Shown: positions 13,489-26,645 of the stretch, piece after piece
Layout: each line of letters opens with the position of its first letter
How positions within the stretch are numbered: position 1 is the first letter of the stretch
Source of the DNA: Selaginella moellendorffii
Taxonomy: Eukaryota > Plantae > Lycopodiophyta
Length of the DNA stretch: 64,000 nucleotides
Direction: 5' to 3'
Assembly: GCF_000143415.4 (NCBI RefSeq)
Contig: NW_003314309.1
Coordinates: forward strand, 489,459-553,458
Notes under the pieces: generated by a model
What the model was told of the DNA's origin: nothing
Database searches by the model: none
What the model saw: only the letters and a program-made list of their open reading frames with translations
Program-made: the position numbers and the translations under genes

Positions 13489-15294
13489 TTACCTTTGTTT
13501 TCGTTCAACCTTCAGCCTCCTGATCGGCCAACACTCGTTACTGTTTGAGCTTTCTTCTTCCTCGTCTGTCGTCACCGCTCTGCATTGCAACTCTATGTAT
13601 TTGTTCTTGTGTGATCTTACTTCATGCACCAGATGCTCTGAGTCTCGTATGTACGATTTGAGCCTGCTTTTGTACTTGGCACCTGAGGCGTTGCGTTGCA
13701 GCTTGTCTTGTGATTCTTTTTGTAAGCTTTCCAGCGCGGCAAGTATTGCCTCGTGATGGTCTCTTGTGCCCATAGCATTCAGCTGCTTGTCCTCGTCTAA
13801 TATATCTCCAATTGGTGAGTTCAGGTAATAGCCATCTGGAACTGCATCCGGAGGATCTCCAATCGTGAGGACGTTTTTGAGCGCTATGAGGTAATTGCAT
13901 ATCTTCTTGAAAGTTGGCCGGATTTCCGGTCTGCCGTGCCAGCAACACTGCAAAAACAGAGATAGGCACCTTGGAAAGCCAGGTGGTAGAATTGGTCTGA
14001 GATTGTTGTCCTTAACCCGGAGGAAAAATCCGGCTGCCGGGTAAGAGCAGCCTTCGAATGGCACCTTGCCGGTGAAGATCTCGTAGCAAGTCATACCAAA
14101 GCTGTAAACGTCTGCCTTTTTCCTGCTTGCATTCTTTTCTTCGTTCCATATTTCTGGAGCCATGAAGTTTACTGTCCCGCCCCTCCTGACTGGGACCTTT
14201 GACTGTGCACTTTTGAGTTTCGTCTCTGATAGTCCAAAGTCACTGAGCTTGGCAGTGTAAAAGCTGCATTCGTTGCTTGGAAGATTGATAAGTATGTTGG
14301 CTGTCTTGAGATCAAGGTGGCTCACGTCGTTTGCGTGAAGAAACTCCATGCCTCTGGCAATCTGGAGAACGATATCGACAGCCACGTCCATCTCGAAGGG
14401 AGGTCCTGGTTTGCTCTGTACTATGTCCTTGATGAGATTGTGGAGGTCGCGCTTCATTCTTTCCATGAGGAGAACGTAAGGACCTTCCTTGGATCGCTGG
14501 GTATAGCCTACCATTTTCACTATGTTGGGGTGCCTCAGATAAAACAGAGCTCGTAGCTCTCTTTCCGAGCTCGGGTCCTGCACAGCATAAGCTTTGGTCG
14601 CGACCGTCCTTCCCAGCCATGTAGCCTCGTAGACGTATGCGTAGGATCCTTCTCCAATGAGCTTACCTTGAATCACTTTCTCTGGATTGCGAAACAGGTA
14701 CTTTGGCAGCGGGAGCTCCTGCGAACGCTTGTTCTCCACCTCCGCCAAGAGGTACCTCCCGAGCTCGATCTTGTTCACGTCGGTCTCTTTATCTTCCAAC
14801 TTCGCCGCTACTCTTTTCAGATCTTCCCGGTCCATGTTCGCTGCTGCCTTGAGCTCCTGCCTCTCCGACTCCGGCCACTCCCAAGCATGCGGTGCAGGCC
14901 TCAACGTACCTTTACTCACCGAGACCTTGAGCTTTAGAAAGTAGACGCACTGACTAAGCTCTTGCAGGATGATTTGGAACTTGAGCTTGTGCTCCTTCTT
15001 GAGCACGGCGTGCCAGAGCCAGTCGGGGCTGGAGCAGCGGTGGAGTAAAAACTGTGCGCGGTCCATGACTCTGTCAATCTGGGCGATGGTCGGCTTGCAG
15101 TCCTCCAGGAGCCCCGGTTCGAAGTCGATCATATCCAGCAGGTACTTGTGTAGCCTCTCCACTCTCTCAATCAGGTAGGCGCACTGCTTGGGTGCCAATT
15201 TTCTAACCTCGCTTTTACTATCGCAGATCCTCTTGGCCTTGTTTAGGACCGGAGGCAAGCTTGCGACGACCACTACTTCGCTGCCCATGTCCAC
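13489..15294 (-). CDS. Intronless TKL-group protein kinase with N-terminal helical-bundle (MLKL-N/HeLo/MCA-like) domain
   Basis: 601-aa ORF. Kinase motifs: GEGSYA, VATK, HPNIV, HLDLKTANIL, DFG, GTVNFMAPE, DVYSFG, CW..RP.F. The N-terminal about 130 aa are helical (KQCAYLIERVERL...AQFLLHRCS...F..ILQEL). Confidence 0.9.
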   Translation of the reverse strand: MDMGSEVVVVASLPPVLNKAKRICDSKSEVRKLAPKQCAYLIERVERLHKYLLDMIDFEPGLLEDCKPTIAQIDRVMDRAQFLLHRCSSPDWLWHAVLKKEHKLKFQIILQELSQCVYFLKLKVSVSKGTLRPAPHAWEWPESERQELKAAANMDREDLKRVAAKLEDKETDVNKIELGRYLLAEVENKRSQELPLPKYLFRNPEKVIQGKLIGEGSYAYVYEATWLGRTVATKAYAVQDPSSERELRALFYLRHPNIVKMVGYTQRSKEGPYVLLMERMKRDLHNLIKDIVQSKPGPPFEMDVAVDIVLQIARGMEFLHANDVSHLDLKTANILINLPSNECSFYTAKLSDFGLSETKLKSAQSKVPVRRGGTVNFMAPEIWNEEKNASRKKADVYSFGMTCYEIFTGKVPFEGCSYPAAGFFLRVKDNNLRPILPPGFPRCLSLFLQCCWHGRPEIRPTFKKICNYLIALKNVLTIGDPPDAVPDGYYLNSPIGDILDEDKQLNAMGTRDHHEAILAALESLQKESQDKLQRNASGAKYKSRLKSYIRDSEHLVHEVRSHKNKYIELQCRAVTTDEEEESSNSNECWPIRRLKVERKQR

Positions 15295-15630
15295 TCAATG
15301 CTTGGTAGACTCCCTGCTCTTTCACGTATAAATTCCCACTCGCTCGAACAAGATACAAGCTTGAAACGCGTCGAGAGGATGCGTGTGGAGCACATCTTGC
15401 GGGACGAAGTTTCTTAGTGCGCCCCTCGTCGTGGCATGGCTGAAAGTTCTTCGTCGTCTTGGATTCTTCTGAATCTTCTCCTACTAGCGTCAGAAACTTC
15501 GAAAATTCGTCCATTGTTTGTACCTTGTGTCCTAAAACTTAGCCTTTTCGAATTAAAAGAAAAAGGTGGTAAAAAATGAAAGAATTTAGCATGATGTGCA
15601 AAAAAAAAAAAGAGCCAGCGAGATTACTAG

Positions 15631-17313
15631 CTAGTTACTGTCATGACCATTGCCGTTTTCGATCTCCCCTAGCAAGCAATTAGTGGCGGCGGTCGAAATG
15701 GTGGAAGTAGAATTAGTAGTGGCAAGAATCTCGGACGAGGGCTGTGGATGTACCTTTACTCTCAAACCGAACGACGAGGACGACAAGTCCGGCTTGCTCT
15801 CGTGCTGCTGCTGATCGTCGTTGTCCCCAGCCGCGTTGAATTGCTGGAGCTGCGATCGCAGCTCGTCTTGCTGCTGGAGCACCATTTGCCTCAGCCGCTG
15901 GAGCTCCCTCGTGAGTGCCTCGTTTTGAGCTAGATCATCAAAAGCAAAAGGAAAGAGAGCTTTGAGCTCGTGACTATAAATCCGGAAAAGAAGGAACTCA
16001 CTGACCATCTTTGAAGCATTTGTCTTGTATGAGCGATGTTATCCGCTGCTTTATCGAGTTGTTGTCCACGTTTAGCAGGATCCTCTGGTGATCCAGGAAA
16101 GCGACTTGGGGCGTTAGCGCGGATACCTCCGCCTGGAAAAACAGAGACAAGGCGACATTAACAAAATGGTTAGCACACTCCAGAGCTTGACAAAACAAAG
16201 AAAACAACACCCTGCCCTGTGGAGACTAAAAGCTATTATCAATCACTGATCACTTAACTATCAAGCAGTACGTCCAAACATGTCTACTTCTGCCGCAGAG
16301 CCGCAGAGAGATATAAACTACGATGGCAAAGGAAGAGGGAAAGAGAAAAGGAAAGCAGGAAGTTCACATGCCTGCAATGCAGTCACACTCCTTTCAAGTT
16401 CAGCAATATACTGTAGTTTCCGTACGCGGGACCGCTGAGCCGATTGCCTGTTCGCCAGAATTCTGGAAGAAAACACCAAGCAAGGATTTAAGCCAATGAT
16501 CAGCTGCTTGGAACTTTGAAACTACCGTTTGGCTCGTTTGGGATCCATATTCGGGTCGATGTGTGATGACGCAGTCGGTTGCTTGGCACCCACTGTAGTG
16601 GCAATAGTCATGCTACTTGGAGCTTCGCTCGCATTCATACTTTGGACCTCGTCTGGCTCGGTTTTGGGGCAGCTCAATGGTCCCGGCCGCCCGTCTTCAG
16701 TGGACATATCGTTACCACTGTTGCTATCGGAGGGAGAGGTGGTCGCGTCCGGCGGAGCTTGCTTCTTCTCCTCCCTCGCGGCGGCGCCACTGTGGTGGTT
16801 TCCATTCCCCCCTGACGAAGAGGAACAGATGAGCATTGCCGGTCTGGATCTCTGCGATACCTCCGAGCCTCCGCCGCTGCTAAACATGGACACGATCTGC
16901 TCGGCTTCGTCGAGCCGCTCGAAGTCGGAAGCTCTCGAGGAGGACAAGTAGCTCCTGTCGGAGAACTCGTCGTCTCGCTTAAACTCGTCGGGGAGTGATC
17001 TGCTCGAGCTCGGATCGGGGAGGTCCAGGAATGCAGCAGTGTCGCTTGCGGAGCGCCGGTGGTGTATCTTCCTGGCCGAAGCTTCCGGAGAGTCGAGCAT
17101 GTCGTCGATCCAGGACTGTGGAGTGAGCTGCGGGACGAAGCCTGCCGATGGTGTTCGCTGGTGATGGATTTTACTACTGCTGCCATTGCTGCTGCGGCCG
17201 GAGGAGAATCCAGCGGCTTCCACGGCTCCGGAAGGGCTTTTCGGTGGTAGGCTGGAATTGAGAAACTGTACCCAGTTCACGAATCTCCCGTCTCCCTGAT
17301 TGGAATTCGCCAT
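15631..17313 (-). CDS. bZIP transcription factor (group E, bZIP34/61-like)
   Basis: HHQRTPS, SWIDDML, HHRRSASD; DPKRAKR|ILANRQSAQRSRVRKLQYIAELERSVTALQ|AEVSALTPQVAFLDHQR..KD|AQNEAL. The start could instead be ATG 17507 via intron 17340-17428. Confidence 0.9.
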
Positions 17314-20044
17314 GAGCTCCGCAGCGCTACGCACGAGAGCTGCATGGGAGAGGAAGAGAAAGAGTAAGCTACATTGCCGATTACGAGCGAGAAAGCGAAA
17401 GAGAAAAAAAGAAGAGAGCTTTGCTTACCTTTCAAGCAAGAAAGTTCCAAGATCTCTATGCGTCTCAACAAATCCACCCGCGCTTCCCAGCTCCTGCGTG
17501 CATGCATTCAATCAGCAACAAGGACGTCCTCCTGCAAGTTCCGTGCCGTGTCTTCGCTTCTCGGCCGATCATCAGCGTCCGAGAAAACTCTATCTACGCC
17601 GTGCACAGCCGCGGCCGGGGAGACGGAACCGAGCAACGTAATTCTTGGTGTTTCGTTTCGTGTCGAGAGCGCGGCCAAAGCTTGCAAGCACCTTCCACCA
17701 TCAATTCGTTATCAGCAACAACAAATGCTGCCGCGGCCCAGAGCTAGCATAGAGTACTGAAAGGAGCCAAACCAGCAGCTTCCCTCCATTCCATTCCATC
17801 CGCTTCCAAAACCCAGTAGCAGCAGTAGCAGCAGCAGCACCAGGAGCAGCGGCAGCAGTCGCAGTAGCAGTAGTAGCAGAACAGCGCTGCCAGTGACGAC
17901 GGAGTGCTGGAAGAACGCTACGATAAAAGATTATTTGCTGCTGCTCAGGCCGCTGGATGACCACATGTAGTTTTCAGGACCTCTGTGTGCGCAGCTAAGA
18001 AAGTTGAGGGCAGCCCAGCCACAGCACACTGCCCAGAGCTTCCTTTTTCTCCCTCCCTTCCTTTTTTTTTTCTATCGTCGTCGTCACCACTATTACTACT
18101 ACTAACTAAGCTTCCTTCTTCCACCACCTGTGCCTTGAAAACTAAAGAAGAAGACTTTGGCCGGAAGAAACCCCGTGTTCCAGAGACGTGAGACGTGAAT
18201 GAATGATCCCAGCGGCGGCCGAGAAGAAGAAGAAGAAAGTAGCGATGATCGCAGTGGTGATGGCTGGCAGAGAGGAAATGGAGGAAATTATCTGGGTGAC
18301 TTTAAACCTCTTGGAGAGCTTTCACTCGCATCGCGCCAAGGGGAGTCGGCGGCTGCTAAGCTGCGAAGATTTGATGAGCGAGCGGACTAGTTCGTCGTCG
18401 TCGTCGTCGTATCTTCGCTTTCCATTCAACATAGTAGGACAAGGAAGATCTCCTCCCTCCTCGTCGTCTTCTTCACTGTTCTTGCTTTCTTGCTCGAAAC
18501 CCTGTGCTGCTGTTCTTCGCCTTCTTTCTTGGAGATCTTTCGGCTTCACGGCGATTGATTGGAGAAGGACTGCTGCAAATCTCGCATTTACGCGGCACAT
18601 GTCTCCATTTCGATCCCTCGCCTCGCTCTACCTTTGAAGAAAGCGCCGCTCGCTCGATATTACGATGGATTTCCCGGCCGCGCTGGAAGATTCTTCCGAT
18701 TCCTGTGTGATCCTGCCCTTCCCTGCCCGATCGGATCACTGCGGGAGCTGCGCGATGCTGATTTGAGTCTCTAGACGCCGGATTTTCCAAGAACCAGGCG
18801 CGCGCCTCGGAAATTCACCGCGGCGAGGAGGAGAGACGCCATGGCAGTGGAATCTGAGCTCGACAAGGGAGAAACACCGCAAATTTCCAAGAACTTCACA
18901 CAAACCCCGGGACCAATCGATGCATTGGACACACTGCCACTCGCACCGGACAAGCGCTCGTCACCGATCCATCGCGCTATCGAGAAAGGAAGAGAAAAAG
19001 AGAGCAACATTCAAGCGCAAGCCTCCCTCCGCTCTAAGCGCTGGCCATTCCGTTGTAGAATAAAACAGTGGCCATTCCGGAGCGTAATGCAGGGATCCCA
19101 CGGCTGCGATCCTTCCACGCGTCGCCACCGGACTTGTCCCACGTATCCAGATGACCGGCCAAAAAGCCACCACGTGTCAGCATTGTCAGAAATGGCATGT
19201 GCTTCAAACGTCGCTAGTTTTCAGGCCGGACGCTGTCTGACTGCCTATATCTGGGGGCATGTTTTACCGAACAACAAACAGCCAAATCAGCCTTAGCTCT
19301 AATTGGTCATGACGTCAGCGCTGTTGACCACCGGTCGTCGGCGCGGGGTAAAAAGCGATTAAAACGACATTGCGGGTAACAGCCTGGCTGGCACGGGTGA
19401 AAACAGAATGCCCTTGTGTAACTTCTCAAACGGCCTAGATTCCCCCCCTCGCTAACAACCGACGTGCAAGATTTCACGACGGATTCTGAGACGTATAGCT
19501 ACGATTGTACTTCGTAGAGGAGCACGTTCCGGTGCATGATTCCATATGATTCGCGTTTAATCTATTTAAAAAGGTGGCAGGCTTGGCACATGATAAAAGA
19601 AGTCTTTTCTAGTCCTGTTGTCCACCTGATTTAATCAACTAACTGGATTCTATTAATCTACTGGAGGATCTAACATGGCTGTGGATTTGCAATGGTCAGG
19701 GGGATCTTTGTACTTAGAATAGTGGCTAACAAACCAGGCCATGATGTGACACAGTGGTCACTCTAAAGTCCCCTTAGCTGGTGTTGAGCTGGGGAGCAAA
19801 TGCCAGTATGCCACACTACCTCCTCAAAATTTTTTGTTCCTTTGATTAAGTAGTAGTGTAGTCAGAAGAACCTTGTGGAAAAAAAGCTATCATACTTACT
19901 TAGACTAAATGCAATGAAGAAAGTATCGCTTTTGTGCTGCTTAGTGCCTGCATTTGTGACAAAGCACGACAGGCTATCAAAATCAAAGCCAAAGATAATC
20001 AAAAGAGAATGGACTTGCTTACAATTAAGATGTGCTCTCTCATC

Positions 20045-21531
20045 TCATCCCCTGACGATGTATCTGTAGTGAACCAGCTTTTTCTTTTTCGCGGCAGAGT
20101 TGTCAATGGTGAGCAGCAGCGAACCTGGCGATTTTGTCTTGAACGTGTTGCAAATGCCATCATTTCCTACGAGCTCTCCCTCTCCCTGAAATTCTTGCGC
20201 TGAGATCTTTCTCGGCTTTTCCACAATAACCGTGTAGCCTCCTTCCGTAGAGGGGGTGAATTCCGCGCCATAGCTCACATCCCATCCTAGAACCGAGAGC
20301 TCCCAAGAGACTTCGTCGCCCTGTAGCAAAAGAAAAGGAATAAACAAAAGCATGAATACTCTACTGTCAAAGCTTCGATCCATTCACCTCGTTTATTTGG
20401 ATCTCGATTATAAGCATCGAGCCGGCTTTCACGCAGGATTCCGTGATCGTTGCCTTAGCATTCCTGAAGAGCTCATCGTTTGCTTTTCCGAGTCCTCCAT
20501 ACTGGACTGGAACATTTTCCGGAGAGATTGCCCTGGCAGTCGAGGTTTTCTTTTTATCAAAATGAATCACTGAAGCAAAGCTTACGCGAACAAAGCCTCG
20601 GGTGTTTTTCGTTTGGTTGCGACCGAGATCTTGTCCTTTGACCGTTGTGTCAAGAACGGACTGATCATGACGTATAAAGCGTTGTAGTACCACGGAACAT
20701 TGACAAGCATCTGGCAAGATAAAAATTTTGAAAACCAAAAGAATGAAAAACAGAACGAAGAAATGAATGCACTACCAGCTTTGAAACGAGCTCCGGATAG
20801 TTGTCTGAAAAAAGCTGTATAGTGTCGAGAAGCGCGGCCCTCGCCTTCTTCTTCATCGAGAAGTTCTTGAGATCGATCACCTGGACCATGCTGGAGACGC
20901 CCCGAGGATCAAAATCCAGGAGCTTGATCCCATCCTCCATGAGTTTCACTCTCCACCTCAAGAGCTTCTCAAACCCGTCCTGGCCATCCAAAAGCTCTTG
21001 ATACATCCCAGAGTCGACGATGTTGTAGCACACGGGATGGCCGCCCCTGTCACAGCCATAGTAGAAGCCTGTGCTCTTAATCCCAGCCTCAATCTCCTCT
21101 CCCAGAAAACCCCTATCGCAGCCAAAGCGCTTCCTCCAGCTCACAGTGTTCTTGAGCATTTCCACGGCCGTATCGACCTTGAACTCCCGGGCGCGCAGGA
21201 ACTTGAGCATCACGACGTCGGCGGCGCCGCTCCCATCCAAGAGAGGGATTCCCCAAAGAGTGATCCCCGAATCGGCCGAATCGATGCCCGCCGGTGCGGC
21301 GGCGGGAGGAGGATCATCGCCCTGCTCGGTGGCGCCGGCATTTCCAGCGCTAGGGATCGAAAACTCACCGGCCTTGGCCGCCGCCGCGATGGCGAGCTTG
21401 AAATCCGCGAGCGCCTGCTGCTCGGCCTCGCCGAGCTCCGCAATAATGTAGCTCTCTGACGATCTCGCCTTCTCTTCTTCCATTCGCATTCTCTCGGGCA
21501 ATGTGGCCGCTCTCTGGCATTCAAGGGCCAT
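20045..21531 (-). CDS. PATL: Patellin (CRAL-TRIO/Sec14 plus GOLD domain)
   Basis: TLWGIPLL..DVVMLKFLRAREFKV; DNYPELV; LVNVPWYY; SPFLTQRSK; ISPENVPVQYGGL; WELSVLGWDVSYGAEFTP; LTIDN..KKKK..YRY. Confidence 0.92.
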
Positions 21532-23699
21532 ATCTCACAGGACCGTTGAGCCGCAAGATTTTAGGATAAAAGGGTAATATTAAACCTAAATAAAGTTTTT
21601 GCATTATTCTAAACTTTCGTTTAAGCTTACTAATTAATATCAATCTTGGAATAAATTATAAATTCTGAATTCCTTTTACCCTTAAAAAAGTAATGTAAAA
21701 TTATACTATATACAAATTAGAAATTAAATTTTTATGTAAAATATAAAAATAAATGAAATTTATTTTTCTGTAAAATTTAGCTAAAATATTATTTCTTTAT
21801 CTACATATACATATCAAATAGGACATTTATTTTAACCATGTTAAAAAATTAATGTATAACAGTTTTTTAAAGCCAAATTTGTATGTAAAATATAATATTA
21901 AAATTTATAAATAAAATTTGCAAAAGAATTCTCAAAAATATTTAAATAATAAATAAAAATTATTAATTAATATATGTTGATTGAATTATTATACATAAAA
22001 AATGTTTTAAGTAGTCATTGTTAACATTCAAGTTTAATTGTGTAAAGGCACTAGCGTGCTAGCTCAACATTAAATATCAATTGCAAAGATATTGTAAATT
22101 CATGTTTAATTTATTACTTCTTTTTTTTTCTTAAGATGATCACAATTTTAGTACTATATTTTATCTCACTTTTAATCTCATAATGGTTTAACCTCTTTCA
22201 ATAAGTTTTTATTCACTTTTTTTTCTTCTACACTATTTCTTCCTTAATTTTTTTTCACTTTCTCCTCTTTGCCCTAATGTTGCAAACTTTGTTTTCTTCG
22301 AAGGAGGGAATAGAGGGGATAGATGGGAGTTCGGCCCTAATGATAGCATAAGGACGAATGAATACTGTAGTGAAGTGAGGATGAATGACATGGATTACGA
22401 AGTGAGGATGAGCATAATAAATTCGAATGAAATACTTAACCCTGAGTATAACAAATCTAAATGGAGAATTTTAGATTTTTTTTTCTTTCAATGAGGGGAT
22501 AAAAAGGATATAGAGGATAAATAGAGTGAGTTCAACCTCCCATGGTTTGAGTGTAGCCACTCATGTGGATTAGAGCATTTTCTTGGACATCTTTGAATGC
22601 GCAATTAGATATACTGACAATTGTGATAATGTTTACCAACAATTGCATCGTCTTCGCTAAGGGCCATCTGAATCAGTGATGCAATTTAACATTTGTTTCT
22701 GGAGCTTTTTGCTTCGTGCGGAGCCAAATATGTCAAAGTGGATTAAGTTGGGAATGTTATGGCCAGCATTTTGTTAATATCTTGCGGGACTTGTGCATAC
22801 ATTTGTTCTAACTATCTTTGACAATGCTCTTCAACTAACATAACATTAGGAGACATTGCCTTTTTCACTTTTCATTGCACATCCTTCAACTCCACTTCCT
22901 ATAAGAGATAGTCTTGTTCCAATGGAGGTTGGTGTTACTATTGTTTGTGATAAGGACAAGGATGAGGACAAGGACATCGTCGTGGTTATGATGTCCATTG
23001 TTAGATATATCATGAGATTGGCCACATGTATCAGTATTATTGGTGTTTTCTGAATTGATATCTTGGTTGGAAGCTGTAAGCTCTTGAATTTGGACTTCTC
23101 GGGAGGTCATCCAACCCGGTATTATTCAAACCTAAAAACACTTAACCACAAATATCCTAAAACCCTTAACTGATTGGAAAAGGGGTGCACTCTTATTCAT
23201 AGGCCTTTTCCTTTTATATTTGAACTTATAAATCATCTTTTCAGTCATTCTCTTTGGTTGCTTACAGAGGCTTTGCCGTCAAGAACATCTTATGGGTGCT
23301 ACTAAAGTGGAAGCTCTTAACACAAAAATTCTTCTAGGAAATATGGAATCGCGTGAGTAGTGGAAGGGTTTTACATGAATAAGTTAGTAACCCCTCTATC
23401 CTTCTTTCATTTTCATACAAATTTTCATTTTCATACAGGGTTTCATTTGGCACCAGTTCATTTCATGTTTACTTTCCAAGCTCGTTTATATAGCAGAGGA
23501 TTTCCTTATTATTCTCTTCGTGTTAGTTAATACAAGCTCAAGTTATCTTCTAATGCTTAGCCTATTCCCATAAGTTGCCATTTACAATTATATTGTATGA
23601 TAGAGTTAATTTTCATTCTTTATAGCAATAGTTGTACACATGCATATGCACAGGATAAAGTGAACCTAGCTATGCATATGGGAGATCTCGAGTTTGATT

Positions 23700-26645
23700 T
23701 TCAATAATTGAAATTCAATGATTTGAATTTTAAATCAAACTTCAAATCAAATCAAATCAAATCAAACTTTTGACCTCATCCTTGGTATAGATTGGTTGCA
23801 ATGCAATTATGTTAAATGTGACTTTGAGGTTTTTCCTTTTTATCTCATACTTCTTTATATTTCTTCCATTCCTCTCACTTTTATTCCCCTTTATCTATTT
23901 ATTTTTACCTTTGCTTCCATCACTTTTGTCTCTCTATTACTTCTAATAGTGTTTCCATTTTACTCCACTATTTCCTCTTTAGATCCCTCCGATGGTTTTT
24001 ATATTGTTGTGGTGGATCAACTAAAAAAAATATGTATTGATTTCTTCAACTTTGACCTGTTATTTGGGGTTAAAATTGCAACACGTCATCATATTCCAAT
24101 TAAAGATGCTCCTCCAATCAAAGTTCATATTTAGTGTTAGTCATCGAAGGAGATCAAAAATTTACTCGTGAACATCAAAAAGATGTTAAATAGGGGTTTT
24201 ATTTTAAAGTCTCAGAATTGTTAAGCATATGAGCCTAATAGGAGTATATGTTTTTGCATTGACTATCATCTATTAAACAATGTGACTATTCTGGATATAT
24301 ACCTTCTTCCTTACACTATTACTTTCTTGGATTGTTTAGGGAGAAGTTGTTAGTTGCTTCTAGGTATTAACAAGTGCCAATAGTTAAGGAAAAAAACTTA
24401 TATTCTTAAAATATTCTCAAAATTGCATAAGTTCTTGGTGATGCCATTTAGTTTGAACAATGCTGCAATGACTTTTTAGCAGATGATAGACGAAGTTTTT
24501 ATGATGTGATTGTTGACTTCATTGATGATGTCTTGATCTATTTAGAAGAAACTAATTTCAAGCTGAAGCAATCAAAACGCATGTTTTAGTTCAAAAATAT
24601 AACTTATTTTGGCTATTATATTTTTCATAAAAAATTTGCAAGTTTATCTTGACAAACTTGTGGCTTTTCTAAAGTTCCTTATTCTAAAGTATGTGAATGA
24701 TGTGTAGTTCTTCTTATGTAAAGTGTAATATCTTAATCATTTCACTAATCATCTTTTTAATTATACCTAGCATTGTTGAAGTCATCAACATCATCTTTCA
24801 TTTTATCTGTGGATTGTGAGTGAGCATTTATGGATCTTAAAGAGCTGTTAATAACTCCTCAAATTTTAGCATGTACAACTAACAAATATGAACTATTCCA
24901 CAATAGAGAATGAGTATTTAGTAGCAATTTGGGATTGCAAAAAGTTTTATATATATTTATATGGTTTTTGGACATTATTAGAAGTTGATTATGTTGCGGT
25001 TACTTTGTTATTGAAATAAAAGAACTAAACTAATCATATTTATCAGTGAGCTTTAAAGCTTTAAATATATGATTTAAGGTTGTTCATTGCCCAAGGAGTT
25101 CTATAATTGGTATTAACACCTTCTTTCAAGCTCTTTGCCCTTTTTTCCTTTATTCTTTTATTCCTAATGAACCTGTTGTTTTGGCATTTATAAATTTTTT
25201 GGATAAAGTTTCCATGCTAGCGGCAATTATTGTATTTAATTTTTAATGTCTACAAAGTATGGAGTAAGATCTATCTTCTCTTGATAAGGTTCATAAGGCT
25301 CAAAAGGTTAACACGTGGATCTGAAGGCTTCATGAGGGCTTTAAAAATCTTGCATCACTTGTTGATGACTTGCCGTTTCAGCATTTACATTCTTAATATC
25401 ACCTTAAGAACAACTCTATTTATTTTATTAAGATTAATCTTGATGATCATTTATAGATTGTAATATCTTTGATTTTTTATTCCACATTTTCTTCATCATT
25501 ATCATAACTCTATTATTCTATATGGGCATATGGGAAATTAGTATATGACTGAGAAGTTACATAGGTTTTTCTATTGGTTAGAGATATGATGTGATGTTAT
25601 TTGGTATATGCATAGTTGTGTTTGGTGCTAAATTTGTAATACTCCCTTTATACTACAAAAGGATGGTTAAAGTTAATTGTAGTTTCCCATCTATTTAAGT
25701 TGATAGCATTTTATTTGATGGGGCCTTTTTCATAATCGACTATTGATAATAAGTACATCATTATTGCCTCTAATTGTTTGACTCATTGAGTGGATGTTGG
25801 TTTTTTTGTTAGTGCATTTACAATTGCTATTGAATACTTCCTCCTCAATTGAGTGGTGTTCCAGTATTCTTATCTAGAATGAATTTTTGTAGATAATAGT
25901 TTCATATTTATGGCTGAGGCATTTCACGTTTTAACATCTAAGTTAGGGATATACTATACTTTCATAAATACGTTTCATCCACAAATAGATGGTTTGGTGA
26001 AATGATTTATTCAAACATTGAAAGGGATTATTGTGAAATACGTGAATTTTTAACATTTGAATTAGGATGGTTATTTTTTATTTCTTCGGCATGCGTATAT
26101 CATAAGAGTACAAACTTGTATTGGTGCTTCACTATATAAACTCCTATATGGTCATGATTTAATATTGCTAATAGAGGTGAGTTTACCTTTATTATTGCTA
26201 TAAGCTATTAATACTAAGTCTTGGGATTAATATTTGACAAACATTCTTTCACTTGTCCAAGTGAAATTCATTGAACATCTAAGGCCACGTACAAGTAGGA
26301 CAAAAATAATGTTATAACTCCTATTATTTTCCACTTGTGGAATATAAAATAGATGAATTTATGTTAATCTATTTTACTAGGGGTTCCTTGCTCAATAGAA
26401 GGGACTATATCAAGTGTTGTGGCAAGTTAAACTATAAGTTTATAAGATTTGGCATAATATTTAACAATCCGATCCTCCAGAAATTGTGCATGTATAGCAA
26501 TTGAAACATTTTGTATAAAAGAATTAGAAACAATTAACACCACTTACAGATTCATTAGTGCCTCCTCTTGATGTTCTTCTAAATCTTGGCTTATCAATCA
26601 GAGAACTTTAATTGCTTTCCATCCTTTTAAGAGAAGGATGATATA
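23700..26645 (+). mobile_element. Heavily decayed, AT-rich Ty3/Gypsy pol relic
   Basis: RT remnants IPIKDAPPIK, FCIDYHLLNNVT..DIYLLP, MPFSLNNA..TF*, FIDDVLIY. Integrase remnant HPQIDGLV. Purine tract at about 26629-26640. Many stops. Confidence 0.8.

Noticed and set aside
10366-21531. Sec14 gene cluster (SFH plus patellin)
   Set aside because: Distant subfamilies on opposite strands separated by unrelated genes; not a tandem duplication.
22520-23110. Cys/His-rich minus-strand remnant, possibly a DNA-transposon C-terminus
   Set aside because: Too short and stop-ridden to assign; no TIRs seen.
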